Assembly (NCBI GenBank): GCA_044226625.1
Contig: JBGAGQ010000014.1
Location: 32,001-96,000, forward strand
Length of the DNA: 64,000 nucleotides
From: Thermoanaerobaculia bacterium
GTDB lineage: Bacteria; Acidobacteriota; Thermoanaerobaculia; Multivoradales; UBA5704
Direction: 5' to 3'
Shown: positions 47,698 through 57,769 of the stretch, piece after piece
How positions within the stretch are numbered: position 1 is the stretch's first letter
Layout: each line of letters starts with the position of its first letter
Notes under the pieces: model-generated
What the model saw: the letters and a program-made list of their open reading frames with translations, nothing else
Told to the model about the DNA's origin: nothing
Databases searched by the model: none
Translations under genes and position numbers: made by a program

Positions 47698-48999
47698 ATG
47701 ACTCGATTCGGACTTCGTTCGGTGGTCCTGGCCTTGCTGTCGCTCGCCGCGAGCTCGGGCGCAGGGGCGGCCGACGTCCCCACCTTCGTCCTGCGCCCCG
47801 CGCGGGTGTTCACGGCGGAGGATTCGGTGGCGCACTCCGGCTGGGTGGTAGTGGTCACGGGCGAGAAGATCGCCGCCGTCGGGCCGGCCGATCGGGTGAA
47901 GGCCCCAGCGGGCGCGGTCTCGATCGACCTCCCCGACGCCACGCTCCTTCCGGGCCTCATGGATCTCCATTCCCATCTTTTCCTCCATCCGTACGACGAG
48001 ACGCTCTGGAACGATCAAGTCCTCAAAGAGCCGGTCGAATACCGGACCATCGCGGCGGTGCGGTTCGCCGAGGCGACGGTCCGATCCGGTTTCACGACCC
48101 TGCGCGACCTGGGGACGGAGGGGGCGGGCTACGCCGACCTGTCGCTCAAGAAGGCGATCGAAGAGGGGCTCATCCCCGGGCCGCGACTGGAAGTGGCGAC
48201 GCGAGCGATCGTCGCGACCGGCTGCTACGGCCCCGGACCGCGCGGTTTCCGTCCGGACCTCGACCTGCCCAAAGGCGCTCAGGAGGTGAGCGGCACGGGG
48301 GAGATCCTGGCCGCGGTGCGCGAGCAGGCGGGGCACGGAGCCGATTGGATCAAGGTCTACGCCGACTACCGTTGCGGACCGGGAGCCTCGCAGGTTCCGA
48401 CCTTCACGCAGGCCGAGCTGAACGTCCTGGTCGAAGCTGCGCATTCTCTCGGAGCCAAGGTCTCCGCCCACGCCCAGACCGCGGAGGGGATGCGCCGCGC
48501 GATCCTCGCCGGGGTGGAGACGATCGAGCACGGATACGGCGGCACCGAGGAAGTTTTCAAGCTGATGGCCGACCGCGGGGTCGCCTTCCTCCCGACGCTC
48601 GCCGCGGACACCGCGTACGCCCAGTACTTCGATGGCTACGTGGCCGGAAAGACCCCTCCGACCGACGGGATGAAGCAGGCCGAAACGGCCTTTCGAACCG
48701 CGAAGCGGCTCGGCGTGACGATCGGCTGCGGCAGCGACGTGGGGGTCTTCGCCCACGGAACGAGCTGGAAAGAGCTCGACAACATGGTTCGCTACGGCAT
48801 GACGCCGGTCGAGGCGCTGCTCTCCGCCACCGCCGTCGACGCGAAAATCCTGGGCTGGCAAGACCGCCTCGGCCAGATCCGCCCCGGATTCGTCGCCGAC
48901 CTCGTGGCGGTCGCGGGCGATCCGACGAAAGACGTCACGACGCTACAGAACGTCCGCTTCGTCATGAAGGGCGGAACGGTGCTGCGGCGGGCACCCTAG
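47698..48999 (+). CDS. Exported amidohydrolase (Xaa-Pro dipeptidase-like)
   Basis: Signal peptide; PGLMDLHSHL, GFTTLRDLG, WIKVY, AHA, IEHG, GSD; RBS AAGGAG. Confidence 0.92.
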   Translation: MTRFGLRSVVLALLSLAASSGAGAADVPTFVLRPARVFTAEDSVAHSGWVVVVTGEKIAAVGPADRVKAPAGAVSIDLPDATLLPGLMDLHSHLFLHPYDETLWNDQVLKEPVEYRTIAAVRFAEATVRSGFTTLRDLGTEGAGYADLSLKKAIEEGLIPGPRLEVATRAIVATGCYGPGPRGFRPDLDLPKGAQEVSGTGEILAAVREQAGHGADWIKVYADYRCGPGASQVPTFTQAELNVLVEAAHSLGAKVSAHAQTAEGMRRAILAGVETIEHGYGGTEEVFKLMADRGVAFLPTLAADTAYAQYFDGYVAGKTPPTDGMKQAETAFRTAKRLGVTIGCGSDVGVFAHGTSWKELDNMVRYGMTPVEALLSATAVDAKILGWQDRLGQIRPGFVADLVAVAGDPTKDVTTLQNVRFVMKGGTVLRRAP

Positions 49000-49133
49000 G
49001 GCTGGCCGACGTTTCGGACGGTTGATTCAAAACCGGGGGCGTCTCCCCGGTCCAGCCGAAGCGGGAAACATCCGCTACCATTATCTGTTCTCCCTTCGCG
49101 GCCTTTTTCGCCGAGGGGAGCCGTCCGAGCCGT

Positions 49134-52064
49134 ATGCCCATGCCTTCGAATTCAGCCAGCCCCCGGCTCCGGGGGAACCGTCCGGTCTCGATCGAGGTCG
49201 AGAATGCCTGGACGCATAACCTGAAGGGCGTGAGCTGCCGGGTGCCGCACGGAGCGGTGACGGTGGTGACCGGGCCGTCCGGGGCGGGAAAGTCCTCTCT
49301 CGCGTTCGACACGATCTACGCGGAGGGGCAGCGGCGGTTCGTCGAGTCGATGTCCACCTACGCGCGACAGTTTCTGGACCAGATGGAACGCCCGCCGGTC
49401 GACGACGTGCGGAACGTCCTTCCGGCCGTCGCGCTCGAGGCGAAGAACGCGGTCAAGAACGCGCGCTCGACGGTGGCGACGCTCACCGAGGTCCACGACG
49501 TTCTGCGGCTCCTCTTCACCCACCTGGGGGAGGTCACCTGTCCGAACGGCCACGGCGCGGCGAGGAGCTTCACCCCGGAAGAGGCCGCGGCGGATCTCGT
49601 CGCCGATTCGGTCGGCGCGCCGTTCCTGCTCGTCGCCCGGGTGGCGCGGCCGAAGAAACAGGCGGACGCGGCTCTCAAAGAGCTGGTGCGCCAGGGGTTC
49701 CAGCGCCGGCTCGACGCCGCGGTATCGGGCGAGCCCGGTGAGGTGGCGCGGATCTCGGCCTCCGACAAGTGGCCGGCGAAGCTCGATCCACTCCCGCTCG
49801 TGCTCGGCCGGTTTCCCGCTTCGGAGGAAGCGCTGGGCCGCGTGCTCGCAACGCTCGAAGAGGGATATCGGCTGGGCGCGGGCCGAGTGGAGGCGTACGG
49901 TCCCGCGGGCGTTCGCTACTACGCCCGGGAGCTCGGCTGTCCCGTCTGCGGCGAGGCGCTCAAGCGCCCCACGCCCCCTCTCTTTTCGTTCAACTCCCCG
50001 CTCGGAGCCTGCCCGCGGTGCCAGGGATTCGGAAGGGCGATCGGCATCGACCGCGACCGGGTCGTGCCCGATGGGCGGAAGACGCTCGGCGAGCGCCCGA
50101 TCGCGCCGTGGAACACGCCCGCCTACGAAGAGCTCTACGACGAGCTGTTCGCCGCCGCGAGGAAACGGGGGGTACCGCTCGACCGCCCCTGGGCCGAGCT
50201 CGCTCCGGCCGATCGGGATTGGGTTTGGAGCGGAGGGCGGCATTCCGGTAGGCGCGGCGGCGACGCGTTCGTCGACCTCGAGGGCTTCTTCTCCTGGCTC
50301 GAGGGGAAGACATACAAGGTGCACGTCCGCGTGCTGCTCGCTCGCTATCGCTCCTACACCCCTTGCCCCGAGTGCGGCGGCACGCGATTGAAGCCCGAGG
50401 CTCGGGCGGTACGGCTGGCGGGCCGGACGCTTCCCGACCTGCTCGCACGATCGGTCGAGGAGTTTCGCTCCTGGTACGCCTCGGTGCCCTGGAGCGCGCG
50501 CCAGCACGAGGTGGCGGGGCATTTGCTCGAAGACCTGGGCGAACGAATCGAAACGCTCCACCGCGTCGGACTCGACTATCTGACGCTCGACCGCCAGGCG
50601 CGGACCCTCTCGGGAGGTGAAACCCAACGCATTCACCTGGCGACCGCGTTGGGCTCCGGCCTCACCAGCACGCTGTACGTGCTCGATGAGCCGACCATCG
50701 GCCTCCATCCGCAGGACAGCGAAAAGTTGCTCGGGCTCCTGCGCGATCTGGCGGACAAGGGCAATACCGTCCTGGTGGTCGAGCACGACCGGACGCTGAT
50801 CTGCGGCGCGGACCACGTCATCGATCTCGGGCCGGCCGCGGGGGAGCGCGGAGGGCGGATCATCGCCGAAGGGACGTTCGACCAGATCCTCGCGGTCGAC
50901 GGCTCGCTCACCGCCCGCTATCTTCGGGAGAAGCCGTCGACTTCGGCGCGCGACCACCTTGCGCGGTACCGGCGTGAGCAGGGCTACGAGCCGCACGAGC
51001 GTGAGCTCTCCGCCCTCCCGCGCATCGCGATCCAAGGGGCTCGCGCCCACAACCTAAAGGGCTTCGATGTCGAAATACCGCTCGGCGCCCTGGTGGCCCT
51101 CACCGGGGTGTCCGGCTCGGGCAAGTCGACGTTGGTCGAGAACGTACTCTACGGTACCTACCAACGGTCGAAAGGGGTCGTAGACGTGGATCCCGGCGCC
51201 TGTGACGCCCTGGTCGGGCTCGAGGGGATGGCGGACGTCGTGCTCGTCGACCAGCGCCCGATCGGCCGATCGAGCCGCTCGAACCCGGTGACCTATCTCA
51301 AGGCGTACGACGAGATCCGGAAGCTCTACGCCGCGAGCCCCGACGCCACGGCGCGAGGGATCACTCCCGCGCATTTTTCGTTCAACGTCGACCGCGGGCG
51401 CTGTTCCGCTTGCGAAGGAACCGGGACGACCGAGGTCGACATGCAGTTCATGGCGCCGGTCACGGTGATCTGCGACGCCTGCCAGGGGCGCCGGTTCAAG
51501 CCGGAGGTGCTGGCGGTGCGGGTCGACGGTCGGAACATCGCCGAGACGCTCGAGCTGACGGTCGAGGAGGCCATCGAAGCCTTCTCATCGCCCTCGCCGC
51601 ATTCGTCTCATTCGCCCCATGGGGCGCTTCGAGCGCTCTGCCGGCGACTCTCGTCGCTCGTCGACGTCGGCCTCGGCTACCTTCGGCTCGGCCAGTCGAC
51701 CTCGACCCTGTCCGGAGGCGAGGCGCAGCGCCTGAAGCTCGCGAGCTTCCTCGATCGCCCAGCCGCCGAAGGCAAGCGGCTGTTTCTGTTCGACGAGCCG
51801 ACGACCGGTCTCCACCTCTCCGACATCGACTTGCTCGCCCGTACTCTCCGCCGGCTGGTCCAGCGGGGCGACGGGGTGATCGTGGTCGAGCACAGCACGG
51901 ATCTGATCGCTCGGGCCGACTGGATCGTCGATCTGGGGCCCGGCGGAGGCTCGCGAGGCGGTGAGCTCCTGTTTTCCGGGCCGCTCGAAGCGTTCCTCGA
52001 CCACGGTCAAAGCCCGACGGCCGACGAGCTCCGTCGCCATCTGCGTTGGACCAAGCCGGCCTGA
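49134..52064 (+). CDS. uvrA: Excinuclease ABC subunit A (probably a paralogue)
   Basis: GPSGAGKSSLAFDTIYAEGQRR, FSFNSPLGAC, LSGGE, second Walker A GVSGSGKST, zinc fingers, DEPTTGL. Confidence 0.95.
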   Translation: MPMPSNSASPRLRGNRPVSIEVENAWTHNLKGVSCRVPHGAVTVVTGPSGAGKSSLAFDTIYAEGQRRFVESMSTYARQFLDQMERPPVDDVRNVLPAVALEAKNAVKNARSTVATLTEVHDVLRLLFTHLGEVTCPNGHGAARSFTPEEAAADLVADSVGAPFLLVARVARPKKQADAALKELVRQGFQRRLDAAVSGEPGEVARISASDKWPAKLDPLPLVLGRFPASEEALGRVLATLEEGYRLGAGRVEAYGPAGVRYYARELGCPVCGEALKRPTPPLFSFNSPLGACPRCQGFGRAIGIDRDRVVPDGRKTLGERPIAPWNTPAYEELYDELFAAARKRGVPLDRPWAELAPADRDWVWSGGRHSGRRGGDAFVDLEGFFSWLEGKTYKVHVRVLLARYRSYTPCPECGGTRLKPEARAVRLAGRTLPDLLARSVEEFRSWYASVPWSARQHEVAGHLLEDLGERIETLHRVGLDYLTLDRQARTLSGGETQRIHLATALGSGLTSTLYVLDEPTIGLHPQDSEKLLGLLRDLADKGNTVLVVEHDRTLICGADHVIDLGPAAGERGGRIIAEGTFDQILAVDGSLTARYLREKPSTSARDHLARYRREQGYEPHERELSALPRIAIQGARAHNLKGFDVEIPLGALVALTGVSGSGKSTLVENVLYGTYQRSKGVVDVDPGACDALVGLEGMADVVLVDQRPIGRSSRSNPVTYLKAYDEIRKLYAASPDATARGITPAHFSFNVDRGRCSACEGTGTTEVDMQFMAPVTVICDACQGRRFKPEVLAVRVDGRNIAETLELTVEEAIEAFSSPSPHSSHSPHGALRALCRRLSSLVDVGLGYLRLGQSTSTLSGGEAQRLKLASFLDRPAAEGKRLFLFDEPTTGLHLSDIDLLARTLRRLVQRGDGVIVVEHSTDLIARADWIVDLGPGGGSRGGELLFSGPLEAFLDHGQSPTADELRRHLRWTKPA

Positions 52065-52243
52065 AACCCGTCCGGGCCGCTTTTCGCCGCTCCCGTCGCC
52101 GGAACGCAAAGGAATCGAGCCCGACCCGCCCGGAGCGGCAAAATCCAGCCCCGAAGATCTCGTCGATTCGAACTCCGTTTCGCGGACAACCGGTGGTAAC
52201 AGGTGTATACTTTCATCATGCTCTCAAGATCTAGGGTTTTGGG

Positions 52244-52675
52244 ATGAACGCTTTGGCCGTCGTACCCCAGGAACAGGTATGGCGGCTCGACCTTCCGGGC
52301 CGTTCGGTCGCTTTGGTCGAGGGAGAGACGACCCTCGGGAGGAGCCGCGGCTGCGGCATCGTGCTCGCGGATCCGTGCATCAGCCGCGTCCACGCGCTCG
52401 TGGCGGTCCGTTCGGGGCGGGTCTATCTCCAGGATCTCCGCTCGAGCAACGGCACCTTCGTGGGAGGCGAGCGAATCGTGGGCGAGCGGGAGATCATGGA
52501 GGGGGATCGAATCGCGATCGGCAACTACGACCTGCTACTCCGCGTCGGCCCCGCGATCGAAATCCCATCGGCGGAGACGTCCGTGGATCCCGGCCCCGAG
52601 CCGGGGGCGACGCGCGAGATGGATCCGGCGCCGAAGTTCTGGCAGCGCGTCATCGGCCGGGGAGCTCGCGGCTAA
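52244..52675 (+). CDS. FHA domain protein
   Basis: LGR, ISRVHA, DLRSSNGTFV, GDRIAIG. Confidence 0.92.
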   Translation: MNALAVVPQEQVWRLDLPGRSVALVEGETTLGRSRGCGIVLADPCISRVHALVAVRSGRVYLQDLRSSNGTFVGGERIVGEREIMEGDRIAIGNYDLLLRVGPAIEIPSAETSVDPGPEPGATREMDPAPKFWQRVIGRGARG

Positions 52676-52773
52676 GCGAACCAGTGCTTTCCCCGGAATG
52701 GGTGAGCGACGTCCGAACGTCGAGCGCTCGTGGAGTTGCGGCAGGCAAGACCCCTGCATAGGATCCGTCGCGC

Positions 52774-53844
52774 ATGGATACGGCGGCCACTTCGGCACTT
52801 TCCACCCCCTCTTCCACCGCTTCGCCGGGGCGCTGGCGCTCTTGGCTGGGCTATTTCGGCGGCGCCGTGCTCGGTCTGGTCCTGCTCGTCGCGGCCGGGG
52901 CCAAGGCGCTCGACCCGGAGGGCTTCGCCGAACAGATCCGCGCCGAGAAGCTCGATAGCCTGCTCTCGGCGCCCACCGTCGCCCTGATCGGCCTCGGCAT
53001 CGAAGTGGCGGTGGGGCTTGCCCTGTTGCTCAACCTGCGGCGCCTTTGGGTGCTGATCCCCAGCATCTTCCTGGTCGGTTTCCTGATCTTTTTGACCGCC
53101 CGAACCTACGTCCGCACGCTCCATGGCGAAGCGCCGACCGAGGCTTCCTGCGGTTGTTTCGGCAACCTGGTCCAGCGGACTCCGGCAGAAGCCTTCTGGC
53201 AGGATCTGTTGATGCTTCTGCCGCCGCTCGCGCTGGCTTTCGTAGGTCGCCCCCGCGGAGGGACGTTTCCGCGCGGACGCGTGGCGGCGGTGGTGCTTGC
53301 GACGAGCTCCGCCGTGGCGTTCGGCGCCAAGGCGGCCGAGATGCCGCTCGACGACCTCGCGACGCGGCTCAAACCCGGTGTGGCGATGGGTTCGATCTGC
53401 GCGGGCGGGGGGAAAGAGCAGGTCTGCCTCGACCATCTCGTTCCCGGTTTGGCCGAGGGCGATCATCTCGTCGTCCTGGCTGATCTCGAAAGCGACCGCT
53501 TCACCGCCATGGTGCCCGACCTGAATCGCTATTCGCTCGGCGGCGAGGCTCAAAAGGGCGGAGAGACGGCAAAGCTGGACGTTCTCTCGGCCTCTTCGGC
53601 GGAAACGAAGACGGCCTTCTTCTGGAAGTTCGGTCCGGCGTTCGAGATCCACGAGGCGCCGCCGGGGCTGCTTCGCCCGCTCTATCGCCGCCTGCCGCGC
53701 GCCTTCTCGGCTCGCGACGGCAAAGTCCTCGAGACCTATTCGACCGTCGAGGAAATTCGCGCTGTCTTGTCGGCTTCCTCCGAGCCCCCGCGAAGCCAGA
53801 CGTCCAGCCTCGCATCTACAACCCGAAAGGTGACCCCGTTATGA
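52774..53844 (+). CDS. MauE/DoxX-family membrane protein with C-terminal thioredoxin-like region
   Basis: AAGAKALDP, IEVAVG, SCGCFG, five TM helices, soluble C-terminal domain. Confidence 0.8.
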   Translation: MDTAATSALSTPSSTASPGRWRSWLGYFGGAVLGLVLLVAAGAKALDPEGFAEQIRAEKLDSLLSAPTVALIGLGIEVAVGLALLLNLRRLWVLIPSIFLVGFLIFLTARTYVRTLHGEAPTEASCGCFGNLVQRTPAEAFWQDLLMLLPPLALAFVGRPRGGTFPRGRVAAVVLATSSAVAFGAKAAEMPLDDLATRLKPGVAMGSICAGGGKEQVCLDHLVPGLAEGDHLVVLADLESDRFTAMVPDLNRYSLGGEAQKGGETAKLDVLSASSAETKTAFFWKFGPAFEIHEAPPGLLRPLYRRLPRAFSARDGKVLETYSTVEEIRAVLSASSEPPRSQTSSLASTTRKVTPL

Positions 53845-54689
53845 CGCATCCTCGTTCGCTTCGCTCCGGCCTCCTCGGCCTGGCCCTCGGCACGACATTG
53901 CTTTCCGTCGCCTCCGGTCCCGCCTCCGGTGCGGTTGGCTCCGATGCCGTCCTTCGCGGTTTCGAGCGATCGGCCGACTACCAGGTGGTGGTCGGTGGCA
54001 AGCTGCAGGCGGGGACCGAGATCTACACGATTCCGTCCGGTGTGCCGGCGATCTTGATCATCTGTTCGGCGCTGCCCTCGCCGGTCCTGCTCCTGCCGGG
54101 CGAAGGGACGGTCCAGACCGTGCAACTGATGAAGATCCTGAAGAAGACGGACGGCACGGTCGATCTGATGGCCGACGCGGCGCTGTCGCCGCAGGGAAAG
54201 TATCAGGTCGTCGGTGAGGAGGTTCGGTTCAATACAGAGGGCCGGATCGCCGCGATCCAGCCCCGGCCTTCCCTTCTCGGGGTCAAGAGGGCGGTAGACC
54301 TCACGACCTACAACCCCGAGTACGGACGCCGCGCGAAGGCTTATCAGCCGAACCCCAAGGCGGTCTCTCAGCTGCGGCAGGTCGCTCAGCCGGTGCGTGT
54401 GCGGGTCTACTTCGGCTCGTGGTGCCCGCACTGCAAAGAGCACGTGCCCCTGCTGCTGAAGGTGGAAGAGCAGATCAAAGGCTCGAAGATCCAGTTCGAG
54501 TACTACGGGCTCGAGAAGGGGCTCAACAGCGGCGACGCGAAGAAGTTCGACATCCATTCGGTGCCGACGGGCGTGGTCTACAGCAACGGCAAGGAAATCG
54601 GGCGGCTGAGCTCCTCGGACTGGAACGCGCCGGAGACCGCGCTCGCCGCCTTGCTCGTCGCCAAGCCCAAGCCCGGCAAAGCCAAGTAG
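53841..54689 (+). CDS. Exported thioredoxin-family protein
   Basis: Signal peptide, FGSWCPHC, SVPT cis-Pro motif, GKEIGR; ATGA overlap with the MauE gene. Confidence 0.9.
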   Translation: MTHPRSLRSGLLGLALGTTLLSVASGPASGAVGSDAVLRGFERSADYQVVVGGKLQAGTEIYTIPSGVPAILIICSALPSPVLLLPGEGTVQTVQLMKILKKTDGTVDLMADAALSPQGKYQVVGEEVRFNTEGRIAAIQPRPSLLGVKRAVDLTTYNPEYGRRAKAYQPNPKAVSQLRQVAQPVRVRVYFGSWCPHCKEHVPLLLKVEEQIKGSKIQFEYYGLEKGLNSGDAKKFDIHSVPTGVVYSNGKEIGRLSSSDWNAPETALAALLVAKPKPGKAK

Positions 54690-56080
54690 GCCGGCGCCCC
54701 CGGCCCGCCGGCTCGGGAACGCTCGATCGCCGCCGTGATTTCCCGCAACGTGGCGAGGTTCAGCCGGTCCTGCTGGAGCGCGCTTTCAAAGACGATCACC
54801 GCGGCCACGAACGCGGGACGCGTGTCGAGCGAGCGGAAGATCGGCAACGTCCGTTCGGCCGCTCGCCGCGCGTTCCCGGCCAGACCTCGGCGTGAATAGA
54901 TCGTCGCGAGCTCGAGCCCCGCCAGCGCGGCGTCGTAAGGCAAACCCGCCGTTTCGAAACCCGCCTGGACCTCGACCAGCGTCGCCTGGGCTTCCGTGAG
55001 GCGGTCGAGGCTCGCGAGGATCTGCGCTTCGAGCCAACGGAGGCGAAGCCGGTCGATCTCTGTGGCACCCGCCGCCCAGACTTCCGGACGATCGTGGAGC
55101 AAAGCGAGGGCCTCGACGAGGCGTCCCCCCTTCTGCTTACCGAGGGCCAAGTACTGCTGGGCGCAGAGGAGCAGCCGGGGCTCGCGCTCGGAGATCACCA
55201 TCGAGGCGCCTCGACGTAGGCAGGCTTCGGACGTCTCGAGCTCATCCAGGAGGTAGAACAAGATCCCGAGGCTGATCCAACAGCGGCCTTGGCCGTGCGG
55301 TTCGTTGACGCTCCGATAGATCTCGAGCGCCGCTTCGAGCCGTTCGACACCGGCGGCAAATCGCCCTTGATCGCGATCGAGCGACGCCTGAAACTGAAGG
55401 AGCTGCCCCTCGTCGAGCGGGTCGAGCCAGCTCGCGGCGAGCTTGCGCTCCGCCCGGGCGAAGCAGCGCTCCGCTTCACGGTAGTCCGCGAAGATCCGCC
55501 GGACGTTGCCCAGGTGGGCCCAGGCTCTCGCCTGAGCCGAAGCGATCGCGGCGGCGGGGAGCTCGCGCGGGTCCAGACGGTCGGCGATCGAGATCGCGAG
55601 TTCCGCAGCTTCGAGCGCGGCGGCCGGTTCGGCCGGAGCGAGGCGGAGGCTCCGCTCGAGCAGAAGCTCGCAAAAGGTCCAGGTGGCGTAGCGATCGTCC
55701 TGTTCGATTCGGCCGCGCCGGACCTCCGGGGAGAAGCGGGCGAGCGCGCTCCAGAGCGACTCCGCCTCTCGGCGCTGCCCGTCGATCGAGGCCTCGTGGC
55801 GGGCGAGCGAATCGCCAAGATCGGCGACCGCTTCGAGATCGTATCCGCCCTCCCAACGTCCTTTCCGAGGGAGCGAGGAATCCGAACGCCTATCTCCGGC
55901 CTCCGGGCCGACGAGGGACTTGGCGGCGGGGATCGCGAGCGAAGGGAGCAGGCCGATCAACCTCTCCTCGCAGGAGGGGCAGATCAGCAAATGGCGCTGG
56001 ATCGCGTGACTCTCGGACTCGGCGAGCAGGTCGTCGAGAAACCGCTCCAGCGACAAAACGTCCGGGTGATCTGTGATCAT
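54578..56080 (-). CDS. TPR-repeat protein with N-terminal zinc-binding anti-sigma-like (zf-HC2) motif
   Basis: DHP...HLLICPSC (HxxxCxxC), then helical TPR-like repeats (AWAHLGNVRR, CWISLGIL, AALAGLELA). Confidence 0.78.
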   Translation of the reverse strand: MITDHPDVLSLERFLDDLLAESESHAIQRHLLICPSCEERLIGLLPSLAIPAAKSLVGPEAGDRRSDSSLPRKGRWEGGYDLEAVADLGDSLARHEASIDGQRREAESLWSALARFSPEVRRGRIEQDDRYATWTFCELLLERSLRLAPAEPAAALEAAELAISIADRLDPRELPAAAIASAQARAWAHLGNVRRIFADYREAERCFARAERKLAASWLDPLDEGQLLQFQASLDRDQGRFAAGVERLEAALEIYRSVNEPHGQGRCWISLGILFYLLDELETSEACLRRGASMVISEREPRLLLCAQQYLALGKQKGGRLVEALALLHDRPEVWAAGATEIDRLRLRWLEAQILASLDRLTEAQATLVEVQAGFETAGLPYDAALAGLELATIYSRRGLAGNARRAAERTLPIFRSLDTRPAFVAAVIVFESALQQDRLNLATLREITAAIERSRAGGPGAPAYLALPGLGLATSKAASAVSGAFQSEELSRPISLPLL

Positions 56081-56276
56081 CGCTCGGCCCCCATCCTATG
56101 GAAGCCTTCGGTGCCTATGCAATCACGACGTCGCGGCGGTTTGCAGGCACCGTGACGCTGTGGAGGGGCATTTTGCAGAGGCTGTGGACCTCAGGCGATA
56201 TTGATGATAAATTCGCTTACAAATACGAGGGCCGAGCTCAAAGGGGATCCTCGTCCTGTTCGAAAGGAGCCGTACG

Positions 56277-57137
56277 GTGAGCGAGATAGAGAACCGTGGA
56301 TACGTAAAGCCCGAGGTGCTGGTCTCTACGGAGTGGGTGGCCGAGCACCTGTCCGATCCCAACGTGCGGATCATCGAATCCAACGAGGACCCGCTCCTCT
56401 ACCCGAGCGGGCATGTCCCCGGCGCCGTGGAAGTCGATTGGACGCGCGATCTCAACGATCCCCTGCGCCGCGACTATTTGGCCCAGGAGGGCTTCTCGGC
56501 CCTGATGCGGCGGATCGGCGTGACGCGGGACACCACCTTGGTTCTCTACGGCGACAAGAACAACTGGTGGGCCACGTACGCCTTCTGGGTTTTCCAGCTG
56601 TTCGGCCACACCCGGGCCAAGGTCATGGACGGGGGCAGGGCGAAGTGGATCGCCGAAGGGCGCGAGACGACGCGCGAGGTACCCTCCTATCCGGAGACGC
56701 ATTACCAGGCCCCTCCCCGCAACGATACCGTCCTGCGCGCCTATCGCGACCAGGTGCTCGCCCACGTCGAGAAGAAGGGGAAGCTGATCGACGTCCGGAG
56801 CCCGCAGGAATACACCGGCGAGCGGATGCACATGCCCGATTACCCGAACGAAGGGGCGCTTCGCGGCGGCCACATTCCCGGGGCGAAGAGCGTCCCCTGG
56901 GCTCGCGCGGTGGCGGAGAACGGTACGTTCAAGGCGGCGTCCGACCTGCGCGAGATCTATGAGGGTGAAGCGGGACTCACCCAGAGCGACGACGTGATCG
57001 CCTACTGCAGGATCGGCGAGCGCAGCAGCCACACCTGGTTCGTCCTCTCCTATCTGCTGGGCTATCCCCACGTGCGCAACTACGACGGCAGTTGGACCGA
57101 ATGGGGAAACCTGGTCGGCGTGCCGATCGAGAAGTAG
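56277..57137 (+). CDS. sseA: Tandem-rhodanese sulfurtransferase (SseA/CysA type)
   Basis: LVSTEW, GHVPGA, GGHIPGA, active site [18 protein letters not shown]. Confidence 0.95.
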   Translation: MSEIENRGYVKPEVLVSTEWVAEHLSDPNVRIIESNEDPLLYPSGHVPGAVEVDWTRDLNDPLRRDYLAQEGFSALMRRIGVTRDTTLVLYGDKNNWWATYAFWVFQLFGHTRAKVMDGGRAKWIAEGRETTREVPSYPETHYQAPPRNDTVLRAYRDQVLAHVEKKGKLIDVRSPQEYTGERMHMPDYPNEGALRGGHIPGAKSVPWARAVAENGTFKAASDLREIYEGEAGLTQSDDVIAYCRIGERSSHTWFVLSYLLGYPHVRNYDGSWTEWGNLVGVPIEK

Positions 57138-57234
57138 CGCCGGCGACGTTTCTCCATCCGCCATAAGATCCTCTCGCCTCTCCGGCTCCGGCGATCGATC
57201 CGATCGCCGGGCCGGAGCCCCGACGGAGCTCCCG

Positions 57235-57699
57235 ATGACCGACACCGATTCGATGCCCCCGAAGCTTCGGGAGACCCTCGACCTGCTCGCGCTCTTGCCC
57301 GATCGCGCCGATCGGATCCAGCTGCTGATCGACCTGGCGGATCGCTTCGAGGACGTCCCCGAGCGGGTGGCCCGCAGGCCCTTTTCTTGTGACGACCGCG
57401 TACCGGCCTGCGAATCCGAGGCTTACGTCTGGGGCGAGCGCCGGCCCGACGGTCGGCTCGACTTCCATTTCGCGGTCGAGAACCCGCAGGGCATCTCCGC
57501 CAAGTCGTTCGCCGCGATCCTCAAAGAGAGCCTCTCCGGCCAGCCGCTCGACCGGATTGCCGCCCTGTCGACCGATCTGGTCTACGACATCTACGGCCAG
57601 GAGCTGTCGATGGGCAAATCGATGGGCCTGATGGCGATGCTTCAAATGGTCAAGGCGCTGGCGAAGAAAGCGGCGACCGCAACGGCCGCCGCACCCTGA
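57235..57699 (+). CDS. sufE: SufE-family sulfur acceptor
   Basis: RIQLLIDLA, RVPACESEAYVW, LSMGKSMGL. Confidence 0.88.
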   Translation: MTDTDSMPPKLRETLDLLALLPDRADRIQLLIDLADRFEDVPERVARRPFSCDDRVPACESEAYVWGERRPDGRLDFHFAVENPQGISAKSFAAILKESLSGQPLDRIAALSTDLVYDIYGQELSMGKSMGLMAMLQMVKALAKKAATATAAAP

Positions 57700-57769
57700 G
57701 ACTTGACCCGGGGTCGGTGCGGGCGCAAGCTTGCGTTGACCACGAAGAGGGGGCGGGAGGGCTGCCAAG

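Noticed and set aside
57181-57216. GATC-centred hairpins here and at about 59401-59429 as a REP family
   Set aside because: Only two dissimilar copies; adequately explained as ordinary intergenic stems.
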